The position numbers and the translations under genes were made by a program. 64,000 bases of DNA from Thermoanaerobaculia bacterium (GTDB lineage: Bacteria > Acidobacteriota > Thermoanaerobaculia > Gp7-AA8), in the NCBI GenBank assembly GCA_036522835.1, contig DATDFB010000057.1, positions 3,906 to 67,905 of the forward strand, read 5' to 3'. Below are positions 16,718 through 24,520 of this stretch, in pieces. The notes under the pieces were generated by a model. The model did no database searches. It was given only the letters and a program-made list of their open reading frames with translations, and was not told where the DNA came from. The first letter of the stretch is position 1. Each line of letters opens with the position of its first letter.

Positions 16718-17776
16718 ATGCGAGTCCTGCACCTCGCCGCCGGAAACCGCTGGACCGGAGCCGCCGCGCCGGCGTTCGCCGAGGTGGCGGCGCTGCGCGA
16801 GGCGGGAGTCGATGCGCACTACGCCTACGTCGGCGGCTACAAGCTCGAGCAGAAGCTCGCCCACGTCGGCTTCGCCCACCCCGCGATCGCCAAGGCGCAG
16901 AATCCGCTGTCGTTCCTGCGCACAGCCACGAGGCTCGAGCACCTCATCGACCACCACGGCTTCGACGTCGTGCACGCGCACCTCACCTACGATCACGTGC
17001 TGGCGCGGTTCATCGCCAAGCGGGAGAAGGTGCGGATCGTGCGGACGTTCCACTCCCGGCGGGTGATCCGCGGCGACGTCTTCACGCGGGCGCTCGTCCG
17101 GCGCACCGACGCGATTTGCGTGATCAACGACGCGCTCGCCGAGGCGGCGCCGATCCGCGGCCGTTTCGCGCTCTACACACCGCCGCCGCTCGACACGCGG
17201 CAATTCACGCCCGAGGGGCCGGACTTGCGCGGGGCCTACGGCGTCGAGGGCGATGCGCTGCTCCTCGTCGCCATCGGCAAGCTCGATCCCGCGCGCGGCT
17301 TCGAGGACGTGCTGCGGACGTACGCACTGGTACGGCAGGCCATCGCCACGGCGCGGCTGATGATCATCGGCCACGGCCCGCACCGCCCGGCGCTCGAAGC
17401 GCTGGCGAGCTCGCTGCAAATCGAGCCGATCTGGGCCGGTTATCACGAGGACGATCTCGCCGAGCACTACCGCGCCGCCGACGTGCTGCTCTTCACCGCG
17501 CGCGGCTCCGACGAGGGCCACCGCGCCGTGATCGAGGCGATGGGCTGCGGCGTCGTGCCGGCGACGTATCGCCTCGACGGCATGCCCGCGATCCTCGGCG
17601 AGCTCGGCGCGGAGTCGCTGGCGGCGTCGCCGGCGCCGCAGGCGCTGGCCGAGCGCGTGATCGCCATCGCCCAAGGCGATCTCGCCGCATCGCGCCGCGC
17701 GGCGTTCGCACGGTCGGCGGAGTTTTCGTACGGGAAGGCCGCGGAGCGGCTGATGAAGCTGTACGAGTCGCTCTAA
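16718..17776 (+). CDS. Glycosyltransferase, GT-B fold (GT4-like)
   Basis: In-frame part of track ORF 16520..17776 starting MRVLHLAAGNRWTGAAAPAF. C-terminal half reads LMIIGHGPHRPALEALA...AADVLLFTARGSDEGHRAVIEAMGCGVVPA, typical of GT4 retaining transferases. Confidence 0.82.
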   Translation: MRVLHLAAGNRWTGAAAPAFAEVAALREAGVDAHYAYVGGYKLEQKLAHVGFAHPAIAKAQNPLSFLRTATRLEHLIDHHGFDVVHAHLTYDHVLARFIAKREKVRIVRTFHSRRVIRGDVFTRALVRRTDAICVINDALAEAAPIRGRFALYTPPPLDTRQFTPEGPDLRGAYGVEGDALLLVAIGKLDPARGFEDVLRTYALVRQAIATARLMIIGHGPHRPALEALASSLQIEPIWAGYHEDDLAEHYRAADVLLFTARGSDEGHRAVIEAMGCGVVPATYRLDGMPAILGELGAESLAASPAPQALAERVIAIAQGDLAASRRAAFARSAEFSYGKAAERLMKLYESL

Positions 17777-18396
17777 ATCGTTCGCAGCAGCGCCCGCACC
17801 GGACTGGCATCCCCACCCCGAATCCGCAGCGGCGCCGCGATCAGCTCGTACGCCCCCTCGGCCACGCCGTCGAGCACGAGCCCCTCGAGGTTGGCCATGT
17901 CGTGCTCCGCGAGCGCCTGGTGCGACTCCAGCGCCTTCGACTCGAACGGATCGACCGACGGCGTGTCGATGCCGACGAGGATCACGCCATGCTGGTGCAG
18001 CACGTCGATCACCGCGGGCGAGAGGCTGGCGAAATCGTCGTTCCAGTTGCGCGGATCGGGAAACGTGCCGGTGCGAAACAGCACGCGCGGCGCGGTGATG
18101 GCCTTGCCGGCGATGTGCATCGGGCGGATGCGGTCGCCGCGCTCGACGTTGACGTGCACGACGATGCACTGGCCGATGTAGTAATCGAGCGAGCGCGAGG
18201 CGATGTCGGCGCCGCCGGCGGCGTAATGGCTCGGCGCGTCGGCGTGCGCGCCGGCGTGGAGCGTGGTGCGGACGTCGGAGAGCGTCAGGTGCGCGCCGGC
18301 GTCGATGTCGAGGCTGACGTTGCGCGCGAACGGCGTGTCCCCGGGCCAGACTGCGACGCCCGCGTCGAGCACGGGCGAGATGTCGATGAGCGTCAT
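17773..18396 (-). CDS. kynB: Cyclase-family metallohydrolase, kynurenine (aryl)formamidase-like
   Basis: 207 aa. LHAGAHADAPSHY (HxGxHxDxPxH metal motif), VGIDTPSVDP, ESHQALAEH. Overall length and order match KynB-type arylformamidases. Confidence 0.8.
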   Translation of the reverse strand: MTLIDISPVLDAGVAVWPGDTPFARNVSLDIDAGAHLTLSDVRTTLHAGAHADAPSHYAAGGADIASRSLDYYIGQCIVVHVNVERGDRIRPMHIAGKAITAPRVLFRTGTFPDPRNWNDDFASLSPAVIDVLHQHGVILVGIDTPSVDPFESKALESHQALAEHDMANLEGLVLDGVAEGAYELIAAPLRIRGGDASPVRALLRTI

Positions 18397-18400
18397 ATGA

Positions 18401-18479
18401 GTGTCATTCCGAGCCGCGAAGACGGCGAAGAATCCCGTGCCTGCCGGCAGGGGGTCCCTCGCTCCGCTCGGGATGACAC
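18401..18479. repeat. REP-like palindrome, family GTGTCATYCCGAGC
   Basis: gtgtcattccgagccgcgaagacggcgaagaatccc...cctgccggcagg...gctcgggatgacac. It fills the gap between the kynB-like start and the upstream gene's stop. Confidence 0.85.
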
Positions 18480-18484
18480 GGCGG

Positions 18485-19816
18485 TCATGCCGAGGCGATC
18501 ACTTTCAACTCGACGAGGATCGGCGTCGGCAGGGAATCGACGCCGACCGTCGTCCGCGTCGGCTGGATCTTTCCGAGCGTCTCCGCGTAGACGCGGTTGA
18601 AGCGCTCGAAGTCGCGCTTCATGTCGGTGAGGTAGACGGTGACGTCGAGAACTTTGTCGAGCGAGCTGCCGGCCTCCTCGAGGATCGCCCTGACGTTCGC
18701 GATCGTCGCGCGCGTCTGCGTCTCGATGTCGGGCGCCGGCACCTCTCCCGTCCCCGGTTTGCGCGGGCCGACGCCGGAGAGGAAGAGGAGGTTGCCGACG
18801 CGGCGCGCGTGCGGGTATGGGCCGACCGGCGGCGGCGCCTTCGGCGTGACGAGCACCTCAGGCGTCTCTTCGCCGGGCGGCGGCGCGGCTGCGGCGAGAA
18901 CGTTGTGCGTCTCCAGTCCCGTGCCGCTCGACTGCGCGAAGGTGATCGGCGCCCCTTCGTCGAACTCCTTCTCCCACTCGATCTCTTTCTGCGGGTTCGG
19001 CGTCAGCTCGACGATGGCGTTGCCGGTGCCCCACACCGGCTGGTAGTCCCACACCTTGCCGTCGTAGCGGTTGTGCTCTCCCATCAGCGCGGCCAGCCAC
19101 CAGATGGCCTTGAAGCCCATGTCGGCGTTCGCTTCGCGGGCGAAGTCGCGCGCGACCTGGGCCACGTCCTCGAGCCGCCCCTCGCCGAGCATCTCCAGGA
19201 TCTTGCGGTTCCACTCGTCGTCCTTCGCCGAGGAGACGCGGTCGTGGGCCGGGTCGATGTCGCCGACTTCGTAGCGGTTGGAGAGGTTCGTGACGACGAC
19301 GACGACGGTTTTCTTGCCGTAGTGGTCGATGGCCGCGCGGCCGGCCATGCCGAGGGCGCGCGTCTCCTCGCGCTCCGCGTAGATGTTGCAGGACACGACG
19401 GAGGCGGGGACGGCGTTGTCCGGATTGAGGAGCTTCAGCGCCACGACGGTGCCGGTGTCGATCGGAAAGCCGTGATAGCTCACCTCCGCCGCCTGCATGC
19501 CGTTCTGTTTGCAGATCGCGCAGTAGAGTTTTCCGAATTCCGGATCGACGCGGAACTCGTAGGGGATCTCGCCGAACTGGTACCAGTTCTGATCGACGAG
19601 GATCCACTTCGGCGCGGGGTCGGTCTGGAAGAGGTGGCCGATGACGGAGAACCACTGCGTGGAGTAGACGAGGATCAGCTCCGCGCCCGACGCGGCGATC
19701 TCGCGGCCGACGGCCTCGTAGCTCGCACGCAGCGACGCCCAGCCGGGGCTCTTCTCCGGCGCGAGCAGGACGTGGGGTTGGCCGGGGACGAGATAAGCCT
19801 TCTGGATCATGGCCAC
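18485..19816 (-). CDS. Fusion protein: class III (LigB-type) extradiol dioxygenase-like domain + RidA/YjgF/UK114 enamine-imine deaminase domain
   Basis: 443 aa. N-terminal ~290 aa is LigB/AmnB-like (AYLVPGQPHVLL, LILVYSTQWFSVIGH, SYHGFPIDTGTVVAL). A PPPGEETPEV linker follows. C-terminal ~125 aa is an unmistakable RidA domain (PPVGPYPHARRVGNLLFLSGVGP...QTRATIANVRAILEEAGSSLDKVLDVTVYLTDM.DF..FN.VY...PTRTTVGV..LP....VELKVIA). An alternative ATG lies at 19810. Confidence 0.78.
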   Translation of the reverse strand: MAMIQKAYLVPGQPHVLLAPEKSPGWASLRASYEAVGREIAASGAELILVYSTQWFSVIGHLFQTDPAPKWILVDQNWYQFGEIPYEFRVDPEFGKLYCAICKQNGMQAAEVSYHGFPIDTGTVVALKLLNPDNAVPASVVSCNIYAEREETRALGMAGRAAIDHYGKKTVVVVVTNLSNRYEVGDIDPAHDRVSSAKDDEWNRKILEMLGEGRLEDVAQVARDFAREANADMGFKAIWWLAALMGEHNRYDGKVWDYQPVWGTGNAIVELTPNPQKEIEWEKEFDEGAPITFAQSSGTGLETHNVLAAAAPPPGEETPEVLVTPKAPPPVGPYPHARRVGNLLFLSGVGPRKPGTGEVPAPDIETQTRATIANVRAILEEAGSSLDKVLDVTVYLTDMKRDFERFNRVYAETLGKIQPTRTTVGVDSLPTPILVELKVIASA

Positions 19817-19925
19817 GGAAAATTAGAACGCAGAATGCGAATGCAGAATGAAGAAAACGGAGTCCGTTGGCCAAGGCGCTCCGGTTTTCTCAATTCTGCA
19901 TTCGCATTCTGCGTTCTGAATTTCC
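19813..19925. repeat. ~110-bp hairpin repeat, AGAACGCAGAATGCGAATGCAGAATG family
   Basis: ccacggaaaattagaacgcagaatgcgaatgcagaatgaagaaaacgg ... ccggttttctcaattctgcattcgcattctgcgttctgaatttcc. Near-identical arms to 16330-16428 with a larger loop. Confidence 0.9.
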
Positions 19926-19930
19926 TTGAT

Positions 19931-20611
19931 TTAGTGGACGTACGTCTCCCGCTCGACGACGTCTTTCCGCGACTGGATGATCGACGTCGCGAGCAGCGCG
20001 CGCCGGCCGATCTCGTCCCACTGCGCGGTGCGCACGAGGTCCGGTACGGCGAGCGACGAGCCGAGGTTGACGGCGACGCAGCCGGCGTCGAGGTAGGGCT
20101 CGATCATGTCGAGGGCCACGGGGCCGCCGGCGAGCATCTGCACGTCGCGGATGGGGCCGCGGATGGTGCGGATGTAATCGGGGCCGCCGAGGTGCGGTGC
20201 CGGGTAGACCTTGACGATGTCGGCGCCCGCTTCCCAGGCGCGGATGATCTCGGTCGGCGTGGCCGCGCCGGCGATGGAGAGGAGGTCGTTCTCCGTCGCG
20301 TACTCGATGATCTGGTAGTCGGTGTGCGGCGAGACGATCACGTGCGCGCCGGCGCGGCGGGCCAGCGCGGCGTCGTTGGCGCTGCGCACGGTGCCGGCGG
20401 CGATGACTACGTCGGCCGCGGCGTAGCGAGCGGCGAGCTTGGCGATGAGCTCGAAGGCGTCAGGCGTGGTGAGCGTGACCTCGATGATGCGCACGCCGTT
20501 GCGCGCGTACGCGTCCGCCACGGCCTCGGCCGCCTCGGCGGAGTTTTCACGGACGACGCCGATGATCTGCTCGGTGCGGGCTTTTTCGAAAAGTTCGGTG
20601 CGGAGGGACAT
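19931..20611 (-). CDS. KDPG / 4-hydroxy-2-oxoglutarate aldolase (Eda) family class I aldolase
   Basis: 226 aa. GVRIIEVTLTTPDA (E-x-T motif), AGTV, ADIVKVYPA (Schiff-base Lys context), LAGGPV. The start is 9 nt after the kinase stop. Confidence 0.85.
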   Translation of the reverse strand: MSLRTELFEKARTEQIIGVVRENSAEAAEAVADAYARNGVRIIEVTLTTPDAFELIAKLAARYAAADVVIAAGTVRSANDAALARRAGAHVIVSPHTDYQIIEYATENDLLSIAGAATPTEIIRAWEAGADIVKVYPAPHLGGPDYIRTIRGPIRDVQMLAGGPVALDMIEPYLDAGCVAVNLGSSLAVPDLVRTAQWDEIGRRALLATSIIQSRKDVVERETYVH

Positions 20612-20620
20612 GGCCGAATT

Positions 20621-22891
20621 CTAGTTCAACCGCGCGGCCAGGTCCCTGAACTCCGTCTCCTCCCGCAACACATCCAGCCGCGGATCGACCTCGATGAACA
20701 CCAGCCACGCGCTCCGGTCCTCGTACGCCTCCCGCAGCTTCGCCAGCGCGGCCGCCTTCTCGCCCAACCCCGCATAAATGATCGCGATGTCGTACGGCGA
20801 GATGTAGCGCGTCTTGGCCTGCTCCGAGAGCATCGTCAGGATCAGCTCCGCCTCCCGCCGCTGACCGGCAATGGCGCGGGTGTGGCCGAGCATGGCCAGC
20901 AAGATCGGCACGCGGTCCGTCTCCAGCGCGCGCTGGAACGACTGCAACGCCTCCTCGTAGCGGCCCTGCTGCCCCAAGGCCATGCCGCGCCAGGCCTGGG
21001 CGGGGATGAACTTCTCGTCGAGCTCCAGCGCCTTCTCGAAGCGGCCGATGGCGGACTCGTAATCGCGCGCGAAATAGAACGGCCAGCCGCTGTGCACGAA
21101 GATGATGCGCGACAGCGGATCGAGCTCCACCGCCTTCTTCACCTGCTCGAGCGACGCGTCGAAGCGGCCGCGCGCGCAGAGGAGCATGGCGTAGCCGTCG
21201 TGCGCCGTCGCGTAGTTCGGATTCAGCTTGATGGCGCTCGTGTACGCCGCCTCCGCCCCCTCCCAATCCCACTCGTACCACCACTTCACCGCCGCCAGCG
21301 ACGCCCACGCCTCCGCGAGCGACCCGTCGATCTTCAGCGCCTGCTCGGCCGCCGCCTTCGCCTTCGGCATGGCCTCGCGCGGCGGCAGCGGGATGTTCGT
21401 CGCCAGCGTCATGAGGCTGTCGGCCAGCCCGGCGTACGCGCCGGCGAACGACGGATCGCTCTCGATGGCCTCCTGGAAGTGGACGATCCCCTTCTTCAGA
21501 CTCTCCTCGGTGCGCTTGTTCCACTGATAGCGCCCCTTGAGATAGAGCTGGTACGCCTCCGTGTTTTTCGTCGACGTCTTGCGCAGCCGCTTCTTCTCCG
21601 CGCCGGTGAGGCGGATGCGCAGCGCTTCGGCGATCTCCTGCGACATCTCTTCCTGCAGCGTGACGAGGTCGGCGATCTGGCGGTTGTACTGCTCGCCCCA
21701 GAGGTGCGCGCCATCGAGGGAGTCGACCAGCTCGACGTTGATGACGATGCGGTCGCCGACGTGCTTCACCCGCCCGCTCAACACCGCGCGCACGCGCAGG
21801 TCGCGGCCGACGGCGCGCGGGTCGACTTCGCGGCCTTTGTAGCGGAACACGGTGCTGCGCGCCATCACCTTGAGCTTCGGCAGTTGCGAGAGCTTGTTGA
21901 TGACACCCTCGGTCACGCCGTCGGAGAGATAGTCGGTCTCGGCGTCGGCGCCGCCGTTCTGGAACGGCAGGACGGCGATGGAGTCGATGGCTTTCGACTT
22001 CCGCGTGCGCGGGCGCGGCAGCAGGTCGATGCGCGTCGTGGAGCTCGACGAGATCGCGCGCAGCGTCAGCGCCAGGTCGCGCGCGGACTGAAACCGCTGC
22101 AGCGGGTTCTTTTCCACGCACCCTTCGATGACGCGCTGGAACTCCGGCGGCACGGCCTCGGCCAGCTCGTCACGCGAGACGTCTTCCTTGAGAATGGCCG
22201 CGATCGTGGCCGCGCCGGAGCCGCGCTGGAACGGCTTCTTCGACGTGACCATCTCGTAGAGGATGCAGCCGAGGGAAAAGATGTCCGCAGTGCCGTCGAC
22301 CGCCTCGCCCTTGAGCTGTTCCGGCGCCATGTAGGCGAGCGTCCCCACGATCGTCCCCGGATCGGTGCGGAACTTCCGCGTCGGCAGGTTGCCGGTGTCC
22401 TCGCCGGTGAGGTACGGGTCGGTCTGGGCGAGGCCGAAGTCGAGGATCTTGATGCGCCCTTCGCGCGTGAGGAAGACGTTCTCCGGCTTGAGATCGCGGT
22501 GGACCACGGCGCGCGAGTGCGCCGCCGCCAGGCCTTCGGCGATCTCCGCGCCGATGTCGACCGCGGCGCGCCATTCGATGATCGCGTTCGCGAGCCGGGC
22601 GCGCAGCGTCTCCCCTTCGAGCAGCTCCGTGACGACGAAGAAGGTGCCGTCCTGGTCGCCGTAGTCGAAGATGGAGAGGACGTTCGGGTGCGACAGCGAC
22701 GCGATGGCGCGCGCCTCGCGCTCGAAGCGCGCCAGGGCATCGGCGTCGCGCGCGGAATCGGGCAGCAGCACCTTGATGGCCACGTCGCGGCCGAGGCGGG
22801 GGTCGCGGCCGCGGTAGACCGCACCCATCCCTCCCTCGCCGAGGAGCGTAAGAACTTCGTACGGACCGACGCGGGAGCCTGAAGCCAGCAT
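20621..22891 (-). CDS. Ser/Thr protein kinase with TolB-like N-terminal-type domain and C-terminal TPR repeats
   Basis: GPYEVLTLLGEGGMGAVYRGRD...AIKVL (VAIK), HRDLKPENVFL, DFGLA, APE. Then IAVLPFQNGGADAETDYLSDGVTEGVINKLS and TPR units. Start chosen at MLASGSRVGPYEV (22891); in-frame ATGs at 22933 and 22939 would overlap the divergent mglA-like gene. Confidence 0.9.
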   Translation of the reverse strand: MLASGSRVGPYEVLTLLGEGGMGAVYRGRDPRLGRDVAIKVLLPDSARDADALARFEREARAIASLSHPNVLSIFDYGDQDGTFFVVTELLEGETLRARLANAIIEWRAAVDIGAEIAEGLAAAHSRAVVHRDLKPENVFLTREGRIKILDFGLAQTDPYLTGEDTGNLPTRKFRTDPGTIVGTLAYMAPEQLKGEAVDGTADIFSLGCILYEMVTSKKPFQRGSGAATIAAILKEDVSRDELAEAVPPEFQRVIEGCVEKNPLQRFQSARDLALTLRAISSSSTTRIDLLPRPRTRKSKAIDSIAVLPFQNGGADAETDYLSDGVTEGVINKLSQLPKLKVMARSTVFRYKGREVDPRAVGRDLRVRAVLSGRVKHVGDRIVINVELVDSLDGAHLWGEQYNRQIADLVTLQEEMSQEIAEALRIRLTGAEKKRLRKTSTKNTEAYQLYLKGRYQWNKRTEESLKKGIVHFQEAIESDPSFAGAYAGLADSLMTLATNIPLPPREAMPKAKAAAEQALKIDGSLAEAWASLAAVKWWYEWDWEGAEAAYTSAIKLNPNYATAHDGYAMLLCARGRFDASLEQVKKAVELDPLSRIIFVHSGWPFYFARDYESAIGRFEKALELDEKFIPAQAWRGMALGQQGRYEEALQSFQRALETDRVPILLAMLGHTRAIAGQRREAELILTMLSEQAKTRYISPYDIAIIYAGLGEKAAALAKLREAYEDRSAWLVFIEVDPRLDVLREETEFRDLAARLN

Positions 22892-22922
22892 GCCGAGCGG
22901 TCCAATGCTAATCTTTTCCGCA

Positions 22923-23822
22923 ATGGTCCTCATTAACAAAGCGATTAACGAAGTGACGGTGAAGCTCGTCTATTACGGACCCGGTCTGTGCGGGAAGACG
23001 ACCAACCTGGAGAAGATCTACGGAAACCCGAAGCTCGAGAACAAAGGGAAGATGATCTCGATGTCGACGGAGACGGACCGAACGCTCTTTTTCGACTTCA
23101 TGCCGATGGAGCTCGGCACGATCGGCGGCCAGAAAGTGCGCGTGCAGCTCTACACCGTGCCGGGGCAGGTGTTCTACGACGCCACGCGCAAGCTCGTGCT
23201 GCGCGGCGCGGACGGCGTGGTCTTCGTGGCCGACTCGCAGTCGTCGATGCGGGAGTCGAACCTCCAATCGCTCGAGAACCTGATCACGAACCTGCGCCTC
23301 AACCGCATCGATCCGCAGAAAATCGCGCTCGTCTTTCAGTACAACAAGCGCGACCTGCCGAACGTCGACAGCGTCGAGGACATGAACGGATACCTGCATC
23401 CCGACGGCATTCCGGTCGTCGAGGCGGCGGCGATCAACGGCACCGGAGTGACGGCCACGCTGCGCACGGCGGTGGCGCGGATCCTCGACAACCTGAAGAA
23501 GGGCGTCGACACGACGCTGCACGAGGAGCCGGAGCTGGCGCCGCCGGACTTGAGCGTGGGGCTGTCGGGAAAACCTGTCGATCCGTTCGCACCAGTCGAC
23601 GAAGAGCCATTCGAGGCCGATGTCGCCGTGGCGGTGGCCGAGGAGGAGACGGAGGACCCGTTCGCGGCGCCGGCGGCGGAGATCCACGACACGGGCGCCG
23701 AGCGCGCCGAGCTCGAGGCCATGCTGGCGGGGGCGCGCGAGGTCGTGGCCTCGCTCGAAGCCGCGCTCGAGAAAGCGCGCCACCAGGAACGGCGGCTCGC
23801 GGATAAACTCGGCGCGCTTTGA
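22923..23822 (+). CDS. mglA: MglA-family Ras-like small GTPase with ~105-aa acidic C-terminal extension
   Basis: MVLINKAINEVTVKLVYYGPGLCGKTTN has the same N-terminal spacing as Myxococcus MglA. SMSTETDRTLFFDFMP, YTVPGQVFYDATRKL (MglA-specific TVPGQ), QYNKRDLP. The tail EEPELAPP...VDPFAP...EDPFAAP...AELEAMLAGAREVVASLEAALEKARHQERRLADKLGAL is not found in canonical MglA. Confidence 0.9.
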   Translation: MVLINKAINEVTVKLVYYGPGLCGKTTNLEKIYGNPKLENKGKMISMSTETDRTLFFDFMPMELGTIGGQKVRVQLYTVPGQVFYDATRKLVLRGADGVVFVADSQSSMRESNLQSLENLITNLRLNRIDPQKIALVFQYNKRDLPNVDSVEDMNGYLHPDGIPVVEAAAINGTGVTATLRTAVARILDNLKKGVDTTLHEEPELAPPDLSVGLSGKPVDPFAPVDEEPFEADVAVAVAEEETEDPFAAPAAEIHDTGAERAELEAMLAGAREVVASLEAALEKARHQERRLADKLGAL

Positions 23823-24520
23823 CCTGGTTCCACGAATGGTTCGGCGAGGAGTACCTCGCGCTCTACTCGCATCGTGACGACGACGAGGCGAGGCAGCAGG
23901 TCGTCTTCTTCAAAGAGCATTGCGGCGCCGTGCGCGGGCCGCTCCTCGACCTCGCCTGCGGCAAGGGGCGGCACATCGCCGAGCTGCGCGCCGCCGGCTA
24001 TGGCGCGGTCGGCTGCGACCTCTCCTTCACGCTGCTGCGCACCGGCCGCGCCGAGTACGGGCCGCTCCCGGTGGCGCGCGCGGACATGCGCGCGCTGCCG
24101 TTCTGCACGGCGGGCTTCGCCGGCCTGGTGAGCTTCTTCACCTCGTTCGGGTACTTCTCGGTTGAGGAGGAAAACGTGGCCGTCGTACGCGAGATGGCGC
24201 GCGTGCTGGAAAAGGGGGCGGTGTTCCTCTTCGACTACCTGAATCTGCACCGGGAGCTGGAGAAACTGGTGCAGCGCGAGACGCGCGGCGACGTCACGAT
24301 CGAGCGCTGGTTCGACTCGCAGGACCGCTCGTTCAACAAACGGATAACAATCGGACAAAAGCGCTACCTGGAGCGCGTTCGCGGATACGATCTCGACGAG
24401 ATCTCGATGATGTTCACGACGGCGGGCCTGACGATTCGCGCCGCGTTCGGCGATTTCCTCGGTGCGCCGTTCGAAATGAGCTCGCCGCGGCTGATCGTGC
24501 TGGGGACGAAGAATCGATGA
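23819..24520 (+). CDS. Class I SAM-dependent methyltransferase (candidate bacillithiol N-methyltransferase, NmbA-like by context)
   Basis: 233 aa. TTG start overlaps the mglA-like stop (TTGA). LLDLACGKGRHIAELRAAGYGAVGCDLS (motif I) and FAGLVSFFTSFGYF. The gene end overlaps the bshC start (ATGA). The NmbA assignment is contextual inference only. Confidence 0.8.
   Translation: MTWFHEWFGEEYLALYSHRDDDEARQQVVFFKEHCGAVRGPLLDLACGKGRHIAELRAAGYGAVGCDLSFTLLRTGRAEYGPLPVARADMRALPFCTAGFAGLVSFFTSFGYFSVEEENVAVVREMARVLEKGAVFLFDYLNLHRELEKLVQRETRGDVTIERWFDSQDRSFNKRITIGQKRYLERVRGYDLDEISMMFTTAGLTIRAAFGDFLGAPFEMSSPRLIVLGTKNR

Noticed and set aside
16490-18169. 559-aa minus-strand ORF, and similar ORFs (24364..25938, 26654..28840, 30415..32193, 35016..37058, 43675..46972 region)
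   Set aside because: All are antisense or out of frame relative to genes with clear homology-type motifs (GT4, bshC, bshA/slt, proS, LLM, hem genes). They are high-GC frame artefacts.
18401-22882. 1493-aa plus-strand ORF, the longest in the track
   Set aside because: It runs antisense to four well-supported minus-strand genes (LigB::RidA fusion, Eda-like aldolase, Ser/Thr kinase). Its translation is Arg/Gly/Asp/Ala-rich low-complexity sequence with no recognisable domain. This is a typical stop-codon-poor antisense frame in a high-GC genome.
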